DNA of 64,000 nt from an uncultured delta proteobacterium. GTDB lineage: Bacteria > Desulfobacterota > Desulfomonilia > Desulfomonilales > Desulfomonilaceae. Within the stretch, counting starts at the first letter, position 1, and every line of letters starts with the position of its first letter. The translations under genes were made by a program, and so were the position numbers. Positions 11,011-18,812 of the stretch are shown here, piece after piece. The notes below the pieces were generated by a model, which was not told where the DNA came from, searched no databases, and saw only the letters and a program-made list of their open reading frames with translations. Location of the stretch: positions 1,312,001 through 1,376,000 of the forward strand of contig CAWBKB010000001.1 of the NCBI GenBank assembly GCA_963789265.1, in the 5' to 3' direction.

Positions 11011-12018
11011 TTACTTTACGCGCCTCGTGGTGGTGTCAACGCCCAAGAGGCTCGCCAGATTGCCGCCGAAGATTTTGCGGCGGTCGTCATCAGTGATGGC
11101 CGGATATCCGTAATCCTTCTGCATATCTTCAGGAATCTGGAATGATTGCAATCCGATAACAGCACTTCTCACCTGGACCCCGAACCCGGCATAATCGGTT
11201 CCCCAAATTATCTTCTCCGGGCCCACCCAGCGGAGCGCTTCTCCGATGATCTTGGCAAACTTCCTCGGCGCGGCCAGTGCCCAGGGGACCAAGAGACTCA
11301 AACAGACGTAAACATTCGGGTGTCCCATTGCGACCATATTGAGATCGTCGCAGTACGGATACCCCATATGAAACGCATTGATTTTCAGTTCGGGGAAATC
11401 TCTTGCCACCTCGTCAAGGTAGATAGGCAGCGCATACTTGCTTTTTCCTGGAGGTACCCAGCAAAAGCCGGTGTGGATATCGAGAACAATTCCGAGTTCT
11501 TGCGCTTTTGCGTAGAATGGCCAGAGGTCAGGATCATTGATGTACGTGTCTTCAGGGGGATAGAATTTGAATATTTTCGCGCTCTTCTCTTTCACCCAAT
11601 ATTCCAACTCCCAAAGAGTGTTCTTCAATCCCTTGTGAATGATCGGTGAAACGTTCGGTTGATACATGAAACGGTCGGGATTCGAGTCCACGATCTTGCC
11701 CATTTCTCCGTTCGTGCACCATCTGCTGGTGTAACCTGTGGTATCCATCATCGATTCCGGCAGCAGGCAGGCAATGTCCACTCCGTACTTATCCATGGCC
11801 ATGAGCAGGCGATCCGGATCCGCGCTCTTCTCCATTTCCCATGGTTCCATCCCCTGGAACGCCTCAGGAGGTATCCCTGTCAAGAGCGGTCTGCGGATAG
11901 CGTCGATGGCTTTCCACCACATTTGAACGCCCGGGAAATGGTTGATTCGTTCCATGTCGCCGATCAGGTGCGGTTCCGGATCGACCTTGAAGTAGTTGTC
12001 TTGCTTAAATTCCGTCAT
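11011..12018 (-). CDS. Amidohydrolase_2 family metalloenzyme
   Basis: FKFYP, LDIHTG, ARDFPELKI-AFHMG, IIWGTDY, KIFGGNLA. Confidence 0.88.
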   Translation of the reverse strand: MTEFKQDNYFKVDPEPHLIGDMERINHFPGVQMWWKAIDAIRRPLLTGIPPEAFQGMEPWEMEKSADPDRLLMAMDKYGVDIACLLPESMMDTTGYTSRWCTNGEMGKIVDSNPDRFMYQPNVSPIIHKGLKNTLWELEYWVKEKSAKIFKFYPPEDTYINDPDLWPFYAKAQELGIVLDIHTGFCWVPPGKSKYALPIYLDEVARDFPELKINAFHMGYPYCDDLNMVAMGHPNVYVCLSLLVPWALAAPRKFAKIIGEALRWVGPEKIIWGTDYAGFGVQVRSAVIGLQSFQIPEDMQKDYGYPAITDDDRRKIFGGNLASLLGVDTTTRRVK

Positions 12019-12051
12019 GGTTCACCTCCATTCGCCATACATACGAGATCG

Positions 12052-13599
12052 TTAACCAATGTTGCGGTCACGGCCTTCCCAGAACTTCTTCTTGACATCC
12101 TTGCGGAGGATCTTGCCAACCGGAGTTGTGGGGAGCTGAGGCCAAAATTCCAGGGACTTTGGGCACTTGTATCCGGCCAAGCGCTCTTTACAGTAAATTA
12201 TAAGGTCTTCTTCTGTTGCTTGTGCACCCGGCCTGAGGACCACGACAGCCTGAACCCGTTCACCCCATTTTTCATCCGGTGCTGAAACCACGGCTGCCAT
12301 GGCCACTGCCGGGTGCCGGTAAAGGACATCCTCGGTCTCCTTTGGGTAGACGTTTTCCCCGCCAGTCACGATCATGTCCGCCTTCCGATCCACGAGGAAA
12401 AGGTATCCTTCCTCATCCATGTAGCCGATGTCGCCGGTGTGGTACCAGCCGCCACGGAGGGTTGAAGCGGTAAGCTCGGGGTTTTTCCAATACCCCATCA
12501 TGACGCACTTACCGCGAAGCGCGATTTCACCCACCATACCAGGAGGAACGGGTAGGTCCTTGTCGCCAACAACCCGCACATCGACGCTAATGCCGGCCTT
12601 GCCCGCACTGGCAAGCAGCCTGGATCTGTCCCCATCCGACACGTGGTCTTCCCTGCCGAGAATGGTTCCGCCGATACACTCTGTCATGGCGTATACCTGT
12701 TCAAATTTCGGTCCGAACTTTTGGATGCACTGCTTAAGAAGCGAAGGAGGAAAAGGGCTGCCTGCATACGAAATGCAACGCAGACTCGACAGATCGTATG
12801 CGTCCAGATTGGCGTACTGGAGCAGCCATCCATACACGGTGGGAACCGCGTTTACGTGTGTGCACTTTTCGTCCTGGATGAGCTGAAGGATGCCGTTCAG
12901 ATCGGGTTTGCGGTTGATCACTACCTTACCACCCGTGAGCAGCACGGCCAAAGCAGGCCAAAAGGAGACATGGAACAGGGGGAGAACAAAGCAGGTGGCG
13001 TCGTCTCGATTGAAAGAAAACCCCAGAGCCGCTGCCAAGATACCGCTCATGAGTCCCCGGTGTGACATCATGACGCCCTTTGGTGCGCCCGTGGTCCCTC
13101 CGGTGTACATGAGTATGGCCATCTCGTCCTCGCCTGGATCCCGGCCCGGTTCCTCGGGTGCGGCGCTCGCCAAAAGCTCTTCGTACGAAAGATAGCCGTC
13201 CACCGCATTATCCATAGCGATCCAGATCCTGATGGCTGGGGTCCTATCCTTCATCTTCCAAGCCTGATCTTCGTACCCGTCGGCGGCGAAAAAGCAGGTC
13301 GCTTCAGAATCGTTGACGATGTGGACAAGCTCTTGGTCGGATAGCCGAAAGTTGAGGGGGGTGACACTTATTCCAAGCTTGCTGGCTGCAAAGTAGATCT
13401 CAAGGTACTTGTGGGTGTTTTCGGCAAGTACCGTGAGCCGGTCTCTCTTGCCGACACCCAATGCAAGCATCCCGTGTGCCAGCCGATTCACTCGCTCGTT
13501 GAGTTGCTTATAGGTGAGGCGAGTGCCCTCGAATACGGTCGCAGTATTGTGCGGGAAGAGGATCGCCGATTTTCTCGGAATGTCGCCCAAGGTGTACAT
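12052..13599 (-). CDS. Long-chain fatty acid/aryl CoA ligase
   Basis: YTGGTTGAPKG, YAMTE, WYHTGD, GGENVYP, VGKI. Confidence 0.93.
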   Translation of the reverse strand: MYTLGDIPRKSAILFPHNTATVFEGTRLTYKQLNERVNRLAHGMLALGVGKRDRLTVLAENTHKYLEIYFAASKLGISVTPLNFRLSDQELVHIVNDSEATCFFAADGYEDQAWKMKDRTPAIRIWIAMDNAVDGYLSYEELLASAAPEEPGRDPGEDEMAILMYTGGTTGAPKGVMMSHRGLMSGILAAALGFSFNRDDATCFVLPLFHVSFWPALAVLLTGGKVVINRKPDLNGILQLIQDEKCTHVNAVPTVYGWLLQYANLDAYDLSSLRCISYAGSPFPPSLLKQCIQKFGPKFEQVYAMTECIGGTILGREDHVSDGDRSRLLASAGKAGISVDVRVVGDKDLPVPPGMVGEIALRGKCVMMGYWKNPELTASTLRGGWYHTGDIGYMDEEGYLFLVDRKADMIVTGGENVYPKETEDVLYRHPAVAMAAVVSAPDEKWGERVQAVVVLRPGAQATEEDLIIYCKERLAGYKCPKSLEFWPQLPTTPVGKILRKDVKKKFWEGRDRNIG

Positions 13600-13611
13600 C
13601 TCTTCCCCTTT

Positions 13612-14775
13612 CTATGCCCACGACTTCGGATAGCCCATGAATTGCATCATCATGTTCTTGGCCATTTCGTCGGTGATGGGTGAAAAGACCATCTGTTTGT
13701 AATCCCTGAAGTAGCGTTGCATGTCGTACTCCATGGTGTACCCGTAGCCCCCGAGTATCTCCATGCCCCAAGTGGCCGCCTTCTCGCTGGCCCGAGATGC
13801 TACGACCTTTGCCATGCAAGCTTCGATGTGCATAGGTTTACCGTTGTCGGCCAGCCAGGCGCACTTGTAGATGAGGTTGCGAGCATTCTCGATTTCGATG
13901 GCGATGTCGGCGAGGTAGTGCTGAATGATCTGGAATCGGGAGATAGATCCTCCGAATGCTTCTCTCTCCTGCGCATACCGAAACGCGTCATTGAACGCGG
14001 CCTGAGCCACGCCCAGACTTAGAGCCGACGTACCGATACGCTCGTTGTTCAACACCATCAGAAGCTGATACCAGCCATTGTCGAGCGCACCGAGAAGGTT
14101 CTCTTTTGGCACGCGGACATCGTCGAGATAGACGTAATTGGCTCCGCACGCGTGACAGCCCACTTTGGGGATGAGCTTGGTTTGAAGCCCTTCGGAATTC
14201 CGGGGGACTATGAGGACCGACAAACCATGTGACCGCTTGACCTCGGGATTCGTGATCGCGATGACGATCATGTAATCGGATACGTGGGCCGCTGTGATAA
14301 AGACCTTTACCCCGTTGATGAGCCAGTGATCGCCTTTGTCCTCGGCCTTGGTGGAAATCGCGCCGAGGATATCGGTGCCGCCCGCAGGCTCGGTCAGGGC
14401 CATTGCCCATTTTTCTGCGCCGGCCGCAACCTTCGGGAGGTATTTGGCCTTTTGTTCTTCAGTTCCCATGTGGAGTACCGGCGCCACCCCAAAGCCCATA
14501 GTTGCTCCAACGCCCAGCGCCACTGAGACGGATGCTGTTGCCAGTTCCTCGATCACAATCATGGCCTCTATCTGACCGAGTCCAAGGCCCCCATACGCCT
14601 GAGGGACGGCCAGGCCCAGCACTCCAAGATTCGCCAAACCTTGCCAGATCTCCTCCGGCATGAAGTCACAGTTCTCGTCCATCCAGCGGACCTTTTCTTT
14701 AGTCAATTCTTTCTTGCAGAACTTGCGAATGGTCTCGCGGAGCATTTCCTGCTCTTCTGTCAGGTTGAAATCCAT
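13612..14775 (-). CDS. Acyl-CoA dehydrogenase
   Basis: ALTEPAGGTD, INGVKVFIT, LNNER, REAFG, ILGGYGY. Confidence 0.93.
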   Translation of the reverse strand: MDFNLTEEQEMLRETIRKFCKKELTKEKVRWMDENCDFMPEEIWQGLANLGVLGLAVPQAYGGLGLGQIEAMIVIEELATASVSVALGVGATMGFGVAPVLHMGTEEQKAKYLPKVAAGAEKWAMALTEPAGGTDILGAISTKAEDKGDHWLINGVKVFITAAHVSDYMIVIAITNPEVKRSHGLSVLIVPRNSEGLQTKLIPKVGCHACGANYVYLDDVRVPKENLLGALDNGWYQLLMVLNNERIGTSALSLGVAQAAFNDAFRYAQEREAFGGSISRFQIIQHYLADIAIEIENARNLIYKCAWLADNGKPMHIEACMAKVVASRASEKAATWGMEILGGYGYTMEYDMQRYFRDYKQMVFSPITDEMAKNMMMQFMGYPKSWA

Positions 14776-14786
14776 TACGCTTCTCC

Positions 14787-16058
14787 TCAGCTCTTCACGC
14801 CTTTGCGGAAATTCTCCATCATGCTCTGAATGTCAGGGGCATGGACGAGCCACTGAATGCCGTTCCGTTCCACAGCCAAGGCCGTGTCGATGCTTCCTCC
14901 TTCGGCGGAACGGGCCATGATCTCTTTGCCCATACGTAGGGCAATCGGTTTCTTCGAGGCGATCTGAGCCACAATCTGCTCGAATTCATCCTCGAAGCGG
15001 TCGTCGGGAAAGACTCGGGTCAGAAGGCCCATTTCGTAGGCCTCGCGCGGGTGTAATTCTTGCTCCCGCTGTAGACTAGCTCACGCGGCTCGGTGGACGG
15101 GCATGCTCCTGACAATGCGAGCGGTACCACCCCAACCGGGGAGAATCCCCATGTTAACTTCAGTTAGGCCGACCTTCGCCGATTCCTTGGCATAGAGCAG
15201 ATCACAGCAGAGCGCCAGTTCGAGCCCGCCTGCCAGGCAGTGCCCGTCTATCCTGGCGATCACGACCTTTTCGCAGTCGGTGATGGCACGCTGTACATCG
15301 AGCCCCTCATGGGCCAGCCAGTTCAATGATGCTTGATGCTCGGCAAGTGAAGGAAAGACGTCCAAATCTCCGCCGGTGCAGAACGCTTTGCCGCCCGCAC
15401 CGGCAAGTATCACAACCCCGACCGATCTCTCCTCCCTAACTCGTCGAAATGCATCTCTAAGCTCCTGCGCCATCCGGCGGTTAATCGCGTTGCCTTTTTC
15501 AGGACGGTTGAGGGTGATCCGACAGACAGAGTTGTTGGAGCCGCTGATCTCATAGCGAATCGCTTGATAATCCTCAGGATCCATGAATGCCCGAACCTCC
15601 GCCAAATCCTCAGGATCATTATGAGTAGCTAGGGCTCGCAGAGATTCGTCACAAGGACGGAAAAGAGGAAGGGCATGTTGATCTGTGATATCCCTAAAAA
15701 TTACTTCCACATCCATGCCAATCTCAACCGCCGCGGGGTCGCATTCCACAATCTGCGTCATCATCCTGACGCCTTCCTGCAAGTCAACCATTGCCAGCAC
15801 GTATGGAAGATCAGGCATGAACTTGGGCTCAACCATGTCGCGCATGATCGCGAATGTGTAGACTTTGGCTCTGCCGGAAGCATCCTGCCATCCAAGTTTT
15901 TCAGACCAGCATTGTGGGCAGTATTTTCGAGGATAGAATATAAGCGAGTTGCATTCCCGGCATTTCTGGATCAGAAGCTTATGCTTCTTCGTGGCCCTCC
16001 AAAACTCCTCGGTCCACGGCTGCACGGTAGGGATCGGCTTCAGGTATTCCGAACTCAT
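14787..16058 (-). CDS. DUF35 (Zn-ribbon/OB-fold) fused to enoyl-CoA hydratase; interrupted by apparent compensating indels near 15050-15090
   Basis: N-terminal FW..KHKLLIQKCREC..YPRKYCPQC..GVRMMT; C-terminal ITLNRPEKGNA, AFCTGGD, GGLELALCCD, PGWGGT; ORF 14787..15032 supplies the crotonase tail; start overlaps the thiolase stop (ATGA). Confidence 0.85.
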
Positions 16059-17239
16059 GACAATTCCCTCCCCCATACGGTGGCGATATTGTTCATTCCC
16101 GAACCGCCGGAAGTATTCTGAAACACGAATTTGGCATTTGGCACCTGACGATCGCCTGCCTTGCCCATGAGCTGGCGGGCTGTTTCCACGTATGTCGCCA
16201 TGCTGACGCCCGAACCGGTGTGGCCTCTGCCGAGAGCATCGCCTATGGGCGACCAGGGCAAGTCACCTCCGGGCCACGTGCGCTTTTCAAAGAATGCCTT
16301 GCACCCCTGATGCGGCTCGCACAGTCCCATCGCCTCCATCATGATGGGATGACCGACGGGATAGGCCAGGTATATGTTCCAAATGTCAATGTCATCTTTA
16401 GTCAAGCCGGCCTCTGCCAGAGCATGTTTCCCGGACCTGCGCAAGCCTTCCTGCGTCTGAACGCTGTCTCTCAATACGGTACACGCGGTGAAAAAGGCCG
16501 CGCCTTCTCCCAGCTTGTAAACGGGCGTGTCGGTGACCTGTGGTGCCAGCTCTGCGGACGTGACCACCAGAGCGGATCCGCCATCGGCCAGGACGTTGCA
16601 CTCTCGCTTGTGGAGCGGATCGGCCACGAACGATGATGATAGGACCTTCTCAATGGAAGGGACTTCCTTTTGATAAAACATCGAATTAGGGTCCAAAGCG
16701 GCCCACTTGCGCATGGAAACGACGACGGATGCCATTTCCTCCGGGGTCGCTCCGGACTCATACATGTATCGCCTTACCATCATGGCAATGATGCCGTTGT
16801 ACGTTGTTCCAAAGGGATATTCCCACTGGAGATCCATTCCGGCCTGGGCGAAAAAGTTGATAAGCTCGTTCACGGGAATGGTGGAATGTACGGTCACATG
16901 CGGGATGAGGACGGTCTTCGCGGTAGCGCTGTTGATGAGTTGCTCGGCCAGACGAAGGCAGTTGGATGTTGAGGCTCCTCCTGCATTGCAGATGCACACA
17001 TCCTTACAGCCCTTCAGGCCCAGTTCCTCGGGAAGTTTGCCGAAAGAAATCTCGGCGGTGAGCCTGGGTTGGGCCTGAGGAGCCACGGTTACGACGGCCT
17101 CAATGTCGTTTTTGTCCAGCCCGGAGTCTCTCACCGCCGCCATACAAGTTTCATAGATGATGTCCCAAGGGGACCTGTGGGGATAGATCCCGGTAGGAAC
17201 TTCTCCGATACCTACTATGGCCAGATTTCCTCTACTCAT
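16055..17239 (-). CDS. Thiolase-family protein (SCP2/lipid-transfer type, no canonical nucleophilic Cys)
   Basis: AIVGIG start, GGAST, DPL..C..ADGG.A.VV, DDID, GGDLP, RQLMGKAGDRQV. Confidence 0.88.
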   Translation of the reverse strand: MSRGNLAIVGIGEVPTGIYPHRSPWDIIYETCMAAVRDSGLDKNDIEAVVTVAPQAQPRLTAEISFGKLPEELGLKGCKDVCICNAGGASTSNCLRLAEQLINSATAKTVLIPHVTVHSTIPVNELINFFAQAGMDLQWEYPFGTTYNGIIAMMVRRYMYESGATPEEMASVVVSMRKWAALDPNSMFYQKEVPSIEKVLSSSFVADPLHKRECNVLADGGSALVVTSAELAPQVTDTPVYKLGEGAAFFTACTVLRDSVQTQEGLRRSGKHALAEAGLTKDDIDIWNIYLAYPVGHPIMMEAMGLCEPHQGCKAFFEKRTWPGGDLPWSPIGDALGRGHTGSGVSMATYVETARQLMGKAGDRQVPNAKFVFQNTSGGSGMNNIATVWGRELS

Positions 17240-17394
17240 GGTCGCCCCTCTGTCTTGCCTGACTTGGATGCCCCGATATGGTGGATGCTTCCTTCATGGT
17301 GTCGTGGGCTCCTTTGGACGCTACTCTGGGGTTGACAAATCAGTCGGTCGTGGATAATCTAGAGAGCCCTTACTGACGGTTCATTTCTGAAGCT

Positions 17395-17579
17395 ACTCTA
17401 CAGTCCAGAGGGTTGTCAATATGAATTGAGGCGTGATCTCCACATTGGGTGAATAGTAGTAACACGTTGATATGGTTATTTATAACTGGATAGTGAACTC
17501 GGTTCATGACCCCGGGGTGGGCGTGAGGTGGGTGAGGAATCTAACCAGTCTACAGATAGCAACTCTACAGTTTGGAGGG
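17395..17579. promoter_or_regulatory. Two copies of a dyad operator candidate in the divergent promoter region
   Basis: ACTCTACAGTCCAGAGGG (17395-17412) lies in the spacer after a minus-strand TTGACA (17414-17419); ACTCTACAGTTTGGAGGG (17562-17579) overlaps the regulator RBS. Confidence 0.55.
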
Positions 17580-17582
17580 ATC

Positions 17583-18458
17583 ATGAGCGACCAAACTTTC
17601 ATGCGAATAAAGGAACTTGAACAAAGATCGGGAGTGCCCAGGACCACCATACACTTCTATTTGCGGCAAGGACTGTTGCACCCGCCCAACAAGACCGGGC
17701 GCACCATGGCCTATTACGACGAAAGCCATCTCCAGAGGCTTCAGGATATCCGGAACATCAAAGGAAACATTAGAATGCCGCTTCCTTTTCTCAAAGAAAA
17801 GATTGCGGAGTTGGCTCGAGAGGGGAAAGACGGTCGGGTCAGCGGTTTGCAATCCATGAAGGACGTGGCGACCACCACCAAAGCAAAAGACAGCAAACGG
17901 CGCAAGATCGTAGAGGCTGCCATTCAGGTCTTCTCACAGAAAGGGTACCACCGCACGAAAGTCCAGGACATCACAAGTTCTCTAGGCATCTCGACAGGAA
18001 CCTTTTACATTTACTTCGGCAACAAGCGCGATCTCTTCGTGGAAGTTGTTGACCACGTATTTCACACCATTCTGGGTGAGGCAGCTAAAGCCATAATTGC
18101 TGAAGAAGATATCTTGAAGAAGATGATTCTCCGAGGCCGGGTCTTTTACGAAAATTACTCAAAATACAATGAAATACTCAATCAGTTGCGTGCCGAAATG
18201 GCCGGTGAGGATGAATGGCCTAAACAGAAGATTAAGAAAGCCTATCACGACCTGACTAAGCCCGTGATCAAGGACATTCAGCGAGGTATCGACACGGGCG
18301 TATACCGAATGGTAGACCCCGATCTGCTAGCCTATGCGCTAACAGGTATCATAGAGATCATGTCATTGAGGATGATGATCGACAATAAGTACACCTTCGA
18401 GAATATCATGACATTTATTGTAGATTTCACGACCAACGGATTGGCTCCAAGACCTTGA
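17583..18458 (+). CDS. MerR-HTH plus TetR-family fusion transcriptional regulator
   Basis: MRIKELEQRSGVPRTTIHFYLRQGLL (MerR HTH) then IVEAAIQVFSQKGYHRT..GTFYIYF.NK (TetR HTH); GGAGG RBS. Confidence 0.9.
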   Translation: MSDQTFMRIKELEQRSGVPRTTIHFYLRQGLLHPPNKTGRTMAYYDESHLQRLQDIRNIKGNIRMPLPFLKEKIAELAREGKDGRVSGLQSMKDVATTTKAKDSKRRKIVEAAIQVFSQKGYHRTKVQDITSSLGISTGTFYIYFGNKRDLFVEVVDHVFHTILGEAAKAIIAEEDILKKMILRGRVFYENYSKYNEILNQLRAEMAGEDEWPKQKIKKAYHDLTKPVIKDIQRGIDTGVYRMVDPDLLAYALTGIIEIMSLRMMIDNKYTFENIMTFIVDFTTNGLAPRP

Positions 18459-18812
18459 GAGCGAACTGGAAGAGGAGTGAAAACCACAATGCGGCCTAAC
18501 GGAGAAATGAACCGCCCAGTCAAGTCACCATGTCAGAGAGGAGACCGATACCGTGATACGAAATGGGCCACTGCTTTCTGGGTTTCTGTGTGTGTAGGCG
18601 GTTTGGGTGTCATGTGATTCCATTTCCTTGTGGGGGAGAGATCGAGGTGAACGTTCCGTCCGTGCCATTTTAAAGTCCTTCTCTAAGAGAATTATCTCAG
18701 AGTAGACGACAATGAAAGCTCGCCTTTTTACGAACACAACACAAAATGGAGATGCAGCTCTTAATAATCAATCAGGTAAACCCCCGGCTTTGCCGAGGAG
18801 CACCTAATTGTA

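Noticed and set aside
15081..15083. In-frame TGA in the DUF35-crotonase gene as selenocysteine or readthrough
   Set aside because: Readthrough gives a non-consensus peptide, while the shifted frame gives the expected RELVYSG; compensating indels explain it better.
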